Assembly (NCBI GenBank): GCA_044345405.1
Contig: JBIJBE010000029.1
Location: 1-44,101 of the forward strand
Source: Bdellovibrionota bacterium
GTDB taxonomy: Bacteria > Bdellovibrionota_C > UBA2361 > OMII01
Length of the DNA: 44,101 bases
Reading direction: 5' to 3'
Part shown: positions 9,355 to 18,972 of the stretch, in pieces
How positions within the stretch are numbered: position 1 is the first letter of the stretch
Layout: the number at the start of each line of letters is the position of its first letter
Translations under genes and position numbers: made by a program
Notes under the pieces: model-generated
Database searches by the model: none
Seen by the model: only the letters and a program-made list of their open reading frames with translations
What the model was told of the DNA's origin: nothing

Positions 9355-10551
9355 TTACCAACTTGCCCCCTTGGAGTCGTCAGCTGGCGAAGCACCAGCC
9401 CGAGCCACATCAGCGATGATCGCCTTGAGCGTGGTAACTGCCTCAACGAGCGCCCCATCCGAGATGACAATTGGAGGAACGAAACGAAGTACACTGTCCG
9501 AGGTCGCGTTCAGTACGAGACCTCGCTCAAGTCCCGCAGCTACCACAGAGAACGCGAGCGGGCTCTTGAGAACGGCGCCGATCATTAATCCAGCGCCACG
9601 AACCTCCTGAACCTCATCGATCGTCCGAAGGAGCTCTGAGAAGAGCTCCCCTTTTCGTCGAGCGTCCGCCATAAGCCCTCGCCGCTCAATCTCATCGAAG
9701 GTCGCGACCGCGGCGGCGCACACCACAGCCCCACCTCCGAACGTCGTCCCGTGATCGCCCGGTCCGTAGACTGACGCGTAGGGCTCATCCGCGATACACG
9801 CTCCGAGGGGGAGTCCGTTCGCGATTCCCTTCGCCGATGTCAGAATATCTGGCTTCACTCCGAGCGTTTGAAACGCCCACCACGATCCCGTTCGTCCAAC
9901 ACCGGTCTGAACCTCATCGAAGATTAAGGGAATCTTGGCGCGGTCGCACAGCTCTCGAAGCCCCTTCAGAAACGCTGGAGTCGCGGGGATAACACCACGC
10001 TCACCTTGAATCGGCTCAACAAATATTCCAGCCACCGAGTCATCAACGGCGGCGGCGAACGCTTCAAGATCGTTGTAGGGATTGTGTACGAACCCTTGAG
10101 GAAGGGGCTCAAATCCCCTCCATTTCTCCGGCTGTCCGGTCGCGGCGAGGGTCGCGAGGGTACGTCCATGAAAAGCGCCTTCAGCCGCGAGGATCTTGAA
10201 ACGCTTTCCGCCGCCAGCCTTTCGCGCGAGCTTGATGGCGCACTCGTTGGCCTCAGCGCCAGAGTTACAAAAGAAAACGCGTCCCCACCCACCGGTCGAC
10301 GCGTGCAAACGATCGGCGAGCTCTCTCATCGGGAGATTACCGAAGAGGTTTGAAACGTGAACAAGCTTCGAAGCTTGCTCACTGATCGCGCTGGCGACCC
10401 GTGGATTGGCGTGTCCAACCGACACGACCGCCACCCCAGAGAGAAGATCGATGTAGCGCTTCCCGGTAGTGTCGTAGAGGTATTCCCCCTCTCCGCGGAC
10501 GAAATCAACCGCTGCTCGTTTGTAAGTGTTCATCAGGGGGGTCTGGTTCAT
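9355..10551 (-). CDS. argD: Acetylornithine aminotransferase (class III PLP aminotransferase)
   Basis: FFCNSGAEANE, FHGRT, EPIQGE, DEVQTGVGRTG, SAKGIANG (PLP Lys), HGTTFGG. Confidence 0.92.
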   Translation of the reverse strand: MNQTPLMNTYKRAAVDFVRGEGEYLYDTTGKRYIDLLSGVAVVSVGHANPRVASAISEQASKLVHVSNLFGNLPMRELADRLHASTGGWGRVFFCNSGAEANECAIKLARKAGGGKRFKILAAEGAFHGRTLATLAATGQPEKWRGFEPLPQGFVHNPYNDLEAFAAAVDDSVAGIFVEPIQGERGVIPATPAFLKGLRELCDRAKIPLIFDEVQTGVGRTGSWWAFQTLGVKPDILTSAKGIANGLPLGACIADEPYASVYGPGDHGTTFGGGAVVCAAAVATFDEIERRGLMADARRKGELFSELLRTIDEVQEVRGAGLMIGAVLKSPLAFSVVAAGLERGLVLNATSDSVLRFVPPIVISDGALVEAVTTLKAIIADVARAGASPADDSKGASW

Positions 10552-10743
10552 AATCGACTCCATTGAGGAAAAGGCGTACAAGGACCTGGCGGTTTGAGAG
10601 CGCAAACAGGAGCAACTAGTATATACCGGAAACTCCTCGCAAAGACAGCGCCGAGAATTACCCCTCTAAACACAGAGACTACGGGTCCCCGGTGGGGTAT
10701 CCTGAGAGGGATATCGTACGCCCACCCGGGCGGCGCCCCACGT

Positions 10744-11523
10744 ATGAAACTTCCACGTCTCCGACCGTTATCTCCACCATCGCGCCCTCGAGGCCCGGCG
10801 CTGCTCAGCTACGCCAGACGCGATGATATCCAGGCGCTCTTCGAGCTGCTCGGCATGGTAGCCACCACAACAACATGGCACCCAAAGCCCGACATTCAAC
10901 AACTCGATCGATTCATCTCGACTCACCTCCCCGCGTCGGAGCGGGAATTCGCAATCTCCTGTTTCCTCCAAGGAACAACGATCTCCAAGATGCGGGAAGC
11001 TGTTGTGAAACGGGCATTCCAGTTGTACGGATTCCGCGATCACAGCGAGCCCGATCGATGGCTTGATCCACTTCAAGTGCTCGATATCCTCCTGCGCGTG
11101 GCGCTGAGCGAGGGAGACTTTACAGTCGTGAAGCGTCACGTCATCGACTATACGCGCCAAGCGCTCGGAGTCCACAACCGCGCGTTTTGGATCATTCGCG
11201 ATACGATAGCGCACCAGCTCGGGGTAAACGTCGAGCGAGAGAGCGTCTCTTTTTTTGACGCTACGGAGTCGGCCTCGTCAAAGACTGCGCACGGTACCGC
11301 GCAACGCGCCTCGCTTCCTCGCTCAGAGGCGCTGAAAAGACTGGGGCTCCCCGATAGCGCGACGCCCTCTGATATAAAAGCGAGGTACCGCGCCTCGGTG
11401 AAGGAGTGTCATCCCGATCTCGTCACCGCCAGAGGGGATGACCAGGCGATCAAAACCGCGGCCCTTCGGTTCTGCGAACTCCAGGAGGCGTATGAGGCGC
11501 TCTGCGACTCGCTAACTACCTAA
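10744..11523 (+). CDS. C-terminal J-domain co-chaperone (DjlA-like layout)
   Basis: LGL...IKARYR...CHPD...F..LQEAYEAL J-domain at the C-terminus; middle region weakly TerB-like. Confidence 0.78.
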   Translation: MKLPRLRPLSPPSRPRGPALLSYARRDDIQALFELLGMVATTTTWHPKPDIQQLDRFISTHLPASEREFAISCFLQGTTISKMREAVVKRAFQLYGFRDHSEPDRWLDPLQVLDILLRVALSEGDFTVVKRHVIDYTRQALGVHNRAFWIIRDTIAHQLGVNVERESVSFFDATESASSKTAHGTAQRASLPRSEALKRLGLPDSATPSDIKARYRASVKECHPDLVTARGDDQAIKTAALRFCELQEAYEALCDSLTT

Positions 11524-11608
11524 AACCTCTCGCAAGATTTATCCCTTAGGAACCCTCAACATACCCTTTTGACGGAGACCCCATTTAAAGGGTTTAATCG
11601 GGCCCCAT

Positions 11609-12823
11609 ATGACAGACACTAACCCACACATCAAAGTTATCCCCGCTAAGACAAAAGGCTTTATCTCGATCAACAGCCACCCCGTTGGCTGTACCAAGAG
11701 CGTGACCGAGTGGTCAGAGCGAGCTAAGTCAAAGCCAACTATCACCGGCCTCGGATCAGAGCCAAAGGCGCTCATCCTCGGCGGCACAACCGGCTACGGA
11801 CTCGCGACCCGCGTTATCCTCACCGAAAACCTTAACGCCTCGACGATCTCGGTGGGCTTCGACGCCGCCGCGTCCGAGAGCCGTCCTGGCACAGCGGGGT
11901 GGTACAACACCTACGCTTTCCATCAACGACACAAAGGTAGCGGCAAGCATTACAGCCTTAACGGCGATGCTTTCGCGCAAGAGACCCGAGAGAACGTCGT
12001 AAAGCTCATTAAGGAAAAGTTCGGCAAGATCGGCATCTTCGTTTACAGCATAGCGGCGCCTCGTCGTAAGGATCCAGCAACCGGTACGGTGTACAGCTCC
12101 GTTCTCAAGCCAGTTGGCGCTCCGTACTCAGGCCTCACCGTTGAGTTGGATGGTGGAAAGCTCTCGATGGCGAGCCTTCAGCCAGCCAGCGAAGAGGAGA
12201 TCGCGAACACCACTAAGGTAATGGGTGGCGAGGATCTCATGCTCTGGATCGATTACCTCAAATCGCAGGGCGTTGTTGAGGACAACCTCAAGATTGTCGC
12301 CTACACCTACGAGGGACCATCCCTTAGCTGGCCTGTCTACAAAGACGGCACGATCGGCAAAGCGAAGGATGACGTGAAGGTGAAGTGCGAATCGCTTAAC
12401 AAGGAACTCGCGAAGGGCGGCGGTATGGCTCGAGTAGCGTACCTGCAAGCGACCGTAACGCAGGCGAGCCTCGCGATCCCGACCGTTCCACTCTACGTGG
12501 CGGTATACTCAAAGATCATGAAGGAGCACGGGCTCTTCGAGGACAACCTCGATCACGTCTACCGCATGTTACAGATCCTCGGGCAGGAGAAGGCAGGAGC
12601 TGACACGAGCGTCTCCCTTCGCGCTGACGACCGAGAGCTCGACGCGAAGATCCAGAAGATCGTCACCGAGCGCATGAGCGTTCTTCAAGCCGGAACGGTT
12701 CTTGATGACACGCACTTCTCAGCGCTTCGCGGCGCGTTCCTCAACCTCTTCGGATTTGAGGTTCCAGGGATCGATTACTCCACCCCGGTAGATACCCTCT
12801 ACGGCAAGGAGTGGGAGCTCTAA
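11609..12823 (+). CDS. fabV: Enoyl-ACP reductase FabV / trans-2-enoyl-CoA reductase
   Basis: HPVGC, GGTTGYGLA, TAGWYN, YSIAAPRRKDP, VMGGED, YKDGTIGKAK (Y-x8-K), FGF...IDY. Confidence 0.92.
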   Translation: MTDTNPHIKVIPAKTKGFISINSHPVGCTKSVTEWSERAKSKPTITGLGSEPKALILGGTTGYGLATRVILTENLNASTISVGFDAAASESRPGTAGWYNTYAFHQRHKGSGKHYSLNGDAFAQETRENVVKLIKEKFGKIGIFVYSIAAPRRKDPATGTVYSSVLKPVGAPYSGLTVELDGGKLSMASLQPASEEEIANTTKVMGGEDLMLWIDYLKSQGVVEDNLKIVAYTYEGPSLSWPVYKDGTIGKAKDDVKVKCESLNKELAKGGGMARVAYLQATVTQASLAIPTVPLYVAVYSKIMKEHGLFEDNLDHVYRMLQILGQEKAGADTSVSLRADDRELDAKIQKIVTERMSVLQAGTVLDDTHFSALRGAFLNLFGFEVPGIDYSTPVDTLYGKEWEL

Positions 12824-12850
12824 GAGCAAGCTCACTACGGAGCGTAGACG

Positions 12851-12884
12851 AGCCCCTTGACTCTCACGAGTCCGGGGGCTTTTT
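12851..12884 (+). terminator. Rho-independent terminator after fabV
   Basis: AGCCCCTTGACTC-TCAC-GAGTCCGGGGGCT followed by a T run. Confidence 0.8.
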
Positions 12885-13018
12885 GATGTCGTAGACGCTC
12901 GCGAAAGCACGCGAAGCAAACAGATTGCGACACAGCACACTGACTGTTTATTCTCAACAACCTGGCCTTAAGGCCCCGGTCGGTTTACGATAGTTTCTCT
13001 TTAAACAGGAGCACACCT

Positions 13019-13387
13019 ATGCGCATCGGCAACACACAGGACCTCTTAAACGCTACCAGAGCTCAAGCGGCGAGTCAGCTCGATTTCGCGTCATTAACAT
13101 TCACACAGGACCGGAGAGAGCGGCTGCTCACCGTCGTAGGACACTCAATGGCTGAGCTCTCGTGGAGATCCGAGACATCCGCCAACGATCCAAAGCGATA
13201 CAAAATAACCGCTCTAGCGCACGACTCAGCGAAAATTATCGTTGACGCCGCCACACAGCTTGAAGAGAAGCTCGGAGAAGGGATATCACTCAAAGAGCTC
13301 GTCGCCAGCCCACAGTTGCGAGAGATGGCGAGCGACACCCGACTTACGGTAGTGTCCTTGTGGGAGCGGCACGCGCGGGGAAGGTAG
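13019..13387 (+). CDS. Hypothetical protein
   Basis: AGGAG SD before ATG, 122 aa, apparently co-transcribed with the next gene. Confidence 0.7.
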   Translation: MRIGNTQDLLNATRAQAASQLDFASLTFTQDRRERLLTVVGHSMAELSWRSETSANDPKRYKITALAHDSAKIIVDAATQLEEKLGEGISLKELVASPQLREMASDTRLTVVSLWERHARGR

Positions 13388-13401
13388 GCGCTCTGTCGTG
13401 A

Positions 13402-14454
13402 ATGTCTGACCGATCACTTCAAAAATTTCAAAAACAGTGGGCGCTCGAAGAGAGCGCCCTCCCCGCTTTCCACGATACTCCGTTGAGCGAGCGCTTCGGC
13501 AGAGACGCGCAACTGCTCTGCGATCAAGCGTTCAACATACCCTCGGCGGATCTGCCAAGAGTGGTCTTGGCGGACCTCCTCGAATCAAAGGGCGAAGAAG
13601 CGCTCTCCCGGTACATCAGGGTCTCGATTGAGGGAACAGCCCCCACGGAATGCACGGAGCTCCTCAATACCCACCGAAGAGAATGGACCGCCCTCTTCGT
13701 GCCGGACACCTCACCCCTCGACGATGAACCAAAGATCCACTTCCAGCGCGGTCTTCCATCCACCATCGAAACCAACGGAAGCTTCATCTGGGAGGGGTGG
13801 TTCTCTCCCGTCACGATTCCTCTGCAGCGACTCTTGGTCCGATACGGGACGCCGCTCGACGAATCCCTGCGCAGCACACTGTCGAACCTTGCCCACTACG
13901 CTCGAGGGAGTCGTGAGGGGACCGGCCTTCATGAGACCGCGATCCTCCAGCACACGGCCGCGCCGGTTCTTGAGCGACTCGATCCCGTCGCTTCACACGA
14001 AGACCTCCTCGAAGCGGTGTCAAGGTCCATCATGTTTATGCGGGAGCTTCATGAGCGCGGCCTCGATACCGGTCGATGCCCGAGAAGTTGCCTTGGAACC
14101 GCGATTCGAGCGAGTCAACGAGTTCTGAAGGTATCGGATATCCACGACCTCGCCCTCAACATCCTCGTTACTGTAGACGCCTGCGAGGGCAAGGGGGCTA
14201 TCCGCGGGGCGGTATGTGAGGGCCTTCTTCCGCTGATAGGAACGCTTGCCGATGTGAGAGCTCAAGAGCCACTACGCGCCTACCTTCCCGCACTATCCGA
14301 GTACGTTACCGGACTTGCGCGCATCGGAGTGCCTATTGAGCCGGTGATGCGCCACCACTTCTTAGGAATAGCCCAAGGTCTCGCGAGAGATCCCTCGCCC
14401 CACCACTTCGCCGAACTTACCGCCCAGGCCTTGCTCAGAACACACCGAGGGTAA
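13402..14454 (+). CDS. Hypothetical protein with a TIGR02996-like N-terminal motif
   Basis: PSADLPRVVLADLLESKGEEALSRYIRV resembles the P-DD-PRLVYADWLEE-G----AEFIR consensus. Confidence 0.65.
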   Translation: MSDRSLQKFQKQWALEESALPAFHDTPLSERFGRDAQLLCDQAFNIPSADLPRVVLADLLESKGEEALSRYIRVSIEGTAPTECTELLNTHRREWTALFVPDTSPLDDEPKIHFQRGLPSTIETNGSFIWEGWFSPVTIPLQRLLVRYGTPLDESLRSTLSNLAHYARGSREGTGLHETAILQHTAAPVLERLDPVASHEDLLEAVSRSIMFMRELHERGLDTGRCPRSCLGTAIRASQRVLKVSDIHDLALNILVTVDACEGKGAIRGAVCEGLLPLIGTLADVRAQEPLRAYLPALSEYVTGLARIGVPIEPVMRHHFLGIAQGLARDPSPHHFAELTAQALLRTHRG

Positions 14455-14460
14455 TAGGCA

Positions 14461-14487
14461 CGACCGGAGGGGAGATCCCTTCGGTCG
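14461..14487. terminator. Hairpin between convergent genes, likely terminator
   Basis: CGACCGGAGGG-GAGAT-CCCTTCGGTCG stem-loop with one G-U pair. Confidence 0.55.
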
Positions 14488-14496
14488 CGGCAACGA

Positions 14497-16050
14497 CTAG
14501 GAGGCCCCCGATGTTGAGGTGACCTGCTCCATCACACGCTCCAAGTTGAAGCTACCCGGCTTCTGTCGTGGAGGGAACTCGCGGAAGCTCTGCAACCACT
14601 GACCAACGTACGCCGCGGCTGGAGCGATCACGAACATGTGCTCCAGGTACCACCGTTGCCAATCCATACCGATGTCGTGCGCAAGCTCAAACGGATCCAT
14701 GCGAAGGTTCGTGATGAGCGGCGCTCGAAGCTCCTCAAACGGGGTCTGCCACACGTGCAAGCCGTGCGCGTTCTGTTTGAGGAAGGTGATCTTCCAATTC
14801 TCATACCGAAGCGCCGCTGGCTGTCCATCGTCTGTCCAGTAGATGAAGTCCCTACGTGGCCACTGCCCCTCGCCCTTCAGCGCGGGCATGAGGTTGTACC
14901 CATCGAGGTGTACCTTGTAGGAATTTCCGTTTATCTTGCGTCCCTTGAGAAGATCCTCTTTCGCGGTTGAGTCACCAGCGGCGGCGAGGAGGGTGGTCAT
15001 CATATCCTCATGCGCCCCCACGTCGTTAACAACCGTGCCGGGTTTGATCACTCCGGGCCATTTGATGGCGCACGGAACGCGGTATCCACCCTCCCATTGG
15101 GTGTTCTTCTCACCACGGAACATCGTCGTTCCACCATCAGGCCAGGTAAACGCCTCGGCTCCGTTATCGGTTGAGTACATGACGATAGTGTCGTTCTCGA
15201 TGCCAAGCTCTTTGAGCTTCGCGAGAAGCTCACCGATCTGGCGGTCGTGCTCGACCATTCCGTCAGCGTAGATACCAAGACCGGTCTTACCAGCTACGCC
15301 CTGTTTGAGGTGGGTGAAGATGTGCATCTTGGTTGAGTTCCACCAGAGGAAGAAAGGCGTATCGGATTGCTTCGCTCGCTGCATGAAGTCGAGAGCCTTA
15401 GCGTTAACCTCTTCATCGATCGTCTCCATCCGCTTCTTGGTAAGAGGTCCGGTATCCTCGACCTTACCGTCAGCGAAGCTATGAATGACACCACGGGGAC
15501 CAAAACGCTTCTTGAAATCAGGATTCTTAGGATAATCCGGATTCTCCGGCTCCTCCTCCGCGTTGAGGTGGTAGAGATTTCCGAAGAACTCATCGAATCC
15601 GTGCTCGGTCGGAAGCATATCATCCCGATCGCCCAGGTGGTTCTTACCGAACTGTCCGGTCATGTATCCTTGGGCTTTCAACAGGGTCGCAATGGTGGGA
15701 TCCTCTTTTTTCATTCCCTCGGGAGCGCCGGGCAACCCAACCTTAGTAAGACCAGTGCGGATCGGAGATTGTCCCGTAATGAACGCGGCCCGCCCCGCGG
15801 TGCAGCTCTGCTGACCGTACCAGTCAGTGAAGAGCGCTCCATCTTTGGCGATTTGGTCGATGTTGGGGGTCTTGTAGCCCATCATGCCGTTGTTATAGGC
15901 ACTCACGTTGAACTGCCCGATATCATCTCCCCATATTACTAAGATGTTCGGCTTCTTCTTGCTCGGCTGAGCTACAGCCACCACCGGCACTACGCTCTGC
16001 GCAATCAACGCGGCGGACAAGATGATTTTGACAAAGAATAGTGTTCTCAC
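14497..16050 (-). CDS. Arylsulfatase (formylglycine-dependent, Cys-type)
   Basis: KPNILVIWGDD, SCTAGRAAFITG (CxxxR), GKNHLG, STDNG, GEKNTQWEGG; signal peptide; GGAGG SD before GTG 16050. Confidence 0.93.
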   Translation of the reverse strand: MRTLFFVKIILSAALIAQSVVPVVAVAQPSKKKPNILVIWGDDIGQFNVSAYNNGMMGYKTPNIDQIAKDGALFTDWYGQQSCTAGRAAFITGQSPIRTGLTKVGLPGAPEGMKKEDPTIATLLKAQGYMTGQFGKNHLGDRDDMLPTEHGFDEFFGNLYHLNAEEEPENPDYPKNPDFKKRFGPRGVIHSFADGKVEDTGPLTKKRMETIDEEVNAKALDFMQRAKQSDTPFFLWWNSTKMHIFTHLKQGVAGKTGLGIYADGMVEHDRQIGELLAKLKELGIENDTIVMYSTDNGAEAFTWPDGGTTMFRGEKNTQWEGGYRVPCAIKWPGVIKPGTVVNDVGAHEDMMTTLLAAAGDSTAKEDLLKGRKINGNSYKVHLDGYNLMPALKGEGQWPRRDFIYWTDDGQPAALRYENWKITFLKQNAHGLHVWQTPFEELRAPLITNLRMDPFELAHDIGMDWQRWYLEHMFVIAPAAAYVGQWLQSFREFPPRQKPGSFNLERVMEQVTSTSGAS

Positions 16051-16226
16051 AGGAAGCTCCTCCAACAATGAACGGCCGGCCGAATATCTGACATCTTGGG
16101 GGCGCAGACAAGGACTTTCTTCACCCCTGGACACCGTAAACACCCCCTTTTCAGCGGAGGATGATCGTGACATTAATTTTTACTGATAGTCCGGTCCATC
16201 AACAATCGTTCTACCCCCAGGCACCT

Positions 16227-16982
16227 ATGCGTCCCCATCTCGCTTTGCTCCTTCTGATTGCGGTAATTCTACCAAGTACTCGTGAGTGTAGGTCTGACGA
16301 CTGGAACTTCATCGTTGCCCCGTACGCGCTTATGCCGAACATATCGGGCGACGCCTCCGTCGGTCGAGTCGACAACGTCGATGTGGATGTAAGCACGAGC
16401 GACATCCTTGATTCATTAGACCTCGGCGCCATGCTTCAGCTTGAAGCGCGTCATTCATCAAACTTCGGCGCGATGGTGAACTACGCCTTTATGGATCTCG
16501 GACAGAGGGTCGACGGTCCGCTCGGCTTTACGCATGTGAAAGCGGATATCTTCCAGGGGATCCTTGAGGGCTTCGGAAGCTATCGCTTCACCTTCGAAAA
16601 GAGCACCCTCGACGCTTACGCAGGGGCGCGGTGGTGGGACATCAACCTTGGGGTCGACGCGGACACACCGTTCGGCTCTCGTGACTACAACCGCGACGAG
16701 GACTGGGTAGATCCGGTTCTGGGTGCGCGGTGGCTACCCCGAATCGCGGAGCAGTGGCGCCTCCTCATTCAAGGAGATGTCGGCGGATTCGGCGCGGCCT
16801 CACAGTTCTCTTGGTGCGCTCAGGCAGGAGTGCTATGGGATGCGTCGGAGATGACCTCCGTTACCGTCCTCTATAAAGCGCTCGGGGTCGACTACCATTC
16901 CGGCGCACGCCATACCCCTGGATACTTCGAGTACGATACGATTACGCAAGGGCCGCTGATCGGGGTGGTTTTCAGATTATGA
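16227..16982 (+). CDS. Outer-membrane beta-barrel protein
   Basis: Signal peptide, alternating beta-strand pattern, WVDPVLGAR, GDVGGFG, C-terminal GPLIGVVFRL. Confidence 0.75.
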   Translation: MRPHLALLLLIAVILPSTRECRSDDWNFIVAPYALMPNISGDASVGRVDNVDVDVSTSDILDSLDLGAMLQLEARHSSNFGAMVNYAFMDLGQRVDGPLGFTHVKADIFQGILEGFGSYRFTFEKSTLDAYAGARWWDINLGVDADTPFGSRDYNRDEDWVDPVLGARWLPRIAEQWRLLIQGDVGGFGAASQFSWCAQAGVLWDASEMTSVTVLYKALGVDYHSGARHTPGYFEYDTITQGPLIGVVFRL

Positions 16983-18037
16983 AATCTCCACTCCTCGCCT
17001 CCCTTCTAACGACGACACTTTTCGCAGCCGTCTTCGGTACCGCGCTTACGGCTCGATGCGCTCCGGCGCCGTCGGGAAATTCGCTCCATGAGGCGATGGT
17101 CTGGATTCCGGGGGGCACCTTCACCATGGGAAGCCAAGATGAGAGCAGTCGCCGCAACGAGGGACCGCCTCATGAGGTCAAGGTTGATGGATTCTGGATC
17201 GACGAACACACGGTCACAAACGCGCAGTTTGATGCCTTCGTTCGAACCACAGGATACGTCACCACCGCCGAGCGCGCGCCGAGCTGGGAGGAGCTTCAAA
17301 AGCAGCTTCCACCGAATTCTCCAAGACCGGACGCGAGTCTGCTCGTCGCTGGGTCTATGGTTTTCACTCCCACCAACGGGCCCGTAGAGCGAGGCGATAT
17401 GCGCAACTTTTGGCGGTGGGTACCGGGGGCAAACTGGAGACATCCGGAAGGCCCAACAAGCGACATCAAAAACAGGATGAATCACCCCGTTGTCCAGGTT
17501 TCGTGGGATGACGCGAACGCGTACGCGCAGTGGGCTGGCAAGCGCCTCCCAACGGAAGCGGAATGGGAAATCGCGGCGCGTGGTGGAAAAGAGAGGCAAA
17601 AGTTTCCATGGGGTAGCGAGTTCAGACCGGACGGAAAGTTCATGGCGAATACCTGGCAAGGCGATTTCCCGTATCGAAATACCGGAGAGGATGGATTCAT
17701 CGGTACCGCCCCAGTTAAATCTTTTCCTCCAAACGGATACGGCCTCTATGATATGGTCGGGAATGTATGGCAGTGGTGTAGTGACTGGTACCGACCGGAC
17801 ACCTACGTTCGACGAGCGGAGAACGCTCCCAGCGAGGAGCACTCGTGTCACAATCCGAAAGGCCCCGACCAGAGCTTCAACCCAACGAATCCAGCCTCAC
17901 CGGAGCGAGTAACGAAAGGAGGCAGCTTCCTCTGCCACGTCAGCTACTGTGAGAGCTATCGTCCAGCGGCGAGGCGAGGCACTCCCACAGACACCGGGAT
18001 GTCTCATATCGGATTTCGGTGCGTGACCTCCAAATAA
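16979..18037 (+). CDS. Formylglycine-generating enzyme (sulfatase-modifying factor)
   Basis: GGTFTMGS, HPVVQVSW, RLPTEAEWE, NGYGLYDMVGNVWQW, GGSFLCHVSYC (catalytic Cys pair), IGFRC; ATGA overlap with the barrel gene. Confidence 0.93.
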   Translation: MKSPLLASLLTTTLFAAVFGTALTARCAPAPSGNSLHEAMVWIPGGTFTMGSQDESSRRNEGPPHEVKVDGFWIDEHTVTNAQFDAFVRTTGYVTTAERAPSWEELQKQLPPNSPRPDASLLVAGSMVFTPTNGPVERGDMRNFWRWVPGANWRHPEGPTSDIKNRMNHPVVQVSWDDANAYAQWAGKRLPTEAEWEIAARGGKERQKFPWGSEFRPDGKFMANTWQGDFPYRNTGEDGFIGTAPVKSFPPNGYGLYDMVGNVWQWCSDWYRPDTYVRRAENAPSEEHSCHNPKGPDQSFNPTNPASPERVTKGGSFLCHVSYCESYRPAARRGTPTDTGMSHIGFRCVTSK

Positions 18038-18156
18038 CGTGTAAGCACCATGCACAGAGACGATAGCGAGTTTGTCCGGTCTTGGCTAAGCTGATGGCAC
18101 AGGTGGGTCGTTAGAGGTCCATTCCGAATCCCGTTTATTTGAAAGACACTACGGCT

Positions 18157-18840
18157 ATGAAACACTCAATTCGCATCGCCCTCCTCACCTCCTGCCTGGT
18201 CTCGCTCCCAGCGACCTCCTGGTCTGGCCCCCTTCGGGATGTGGCGAACGCTGTTGGCGACGCGGCGGGATACGTTGGTGAGACCGTTGGAGATACCGCG
18301 GTAGCGGTGGGCAAAGGGGTCTCAGGAACCGCCAAAGAGATCGCGGGCACAAACGACCCAGCCGCCACTCGTCGCGAGATAGATTCCGTCGCCGCCTCAA
18401 CACTCTCAAAGGTTCTCGATTCAAGCGCTGGAGCCAAGGGGCTCTTCGAGAAAAGCTATGGCTACGCCGTATTCGATTCCCGAAAGGCGTCGTTCCTCAT
18501 CACGACAGGGCGTGGCGTGGGCGTCGCGATTCGCAAATCAGACGGAAAGAAAACATATATGCACGTGGCGTCAGCGGGTGTGAACGTCGGAGCGGGGCTT
18601 CAGTTCTACCAAGGTCTCTTCCTTTTCGAGACCGAGGACGCCTTCAACCGCTTCATCAACCAGGGATGGCAGGCGGACGCCACCGCGGGAGCGACCCTCG
18701 GTAAGGCGAGCCTTGAGGCGCAGGCGAAGTTCACGAACGGTATGGCTTACTACCAGATATCGGAGACCGGCGTCATGCTAGACGCTGACATCACCGGCAC
18801 CAAGTACTGGAAGAGCAAAGAGCTTAACTCCCTGAAGTAG
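18157..18840 (+). CDS. YSC84/SYLF-related lipid-binding protein
   Basis: SYGYAVF, GRGVGV, YM..ASAGVNVGAG, GWQADATA, GTKYWK. Confidence 0.75.
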   Translation: MKHSIRIALLTSCLVSLPATSWSGPLRDVANAVGDAAGYVGETVGDTAVAVGKGVSGTAKEIAGTNDPAATRREIDSVAASTLSKVLDSSAGAKGLFEKSYGYAVFDSRKASFLITTGRGVGVAIRKSDGKKTYMHVASAGVNVGAGLQFYQGLFLFETEDAFNRFINQGWQADATAGATLGKASLEAQAKFTNGMAYYQISETGVMLDADITGTKYWKSKELNSLK

Positions 18841-18972
18841 CGGGTTAAGAAAAGGGGTCGCGGGTTTTCCGCGTCGTAGGGGCCCGGCGGGGTGCAGGTT
18901 TGGGATGAGCTTTTTGTTAGCTGAGAGGATCCCCTTCATGATATTCTTTACTAGCTCTCTTATTTTTCCTCT

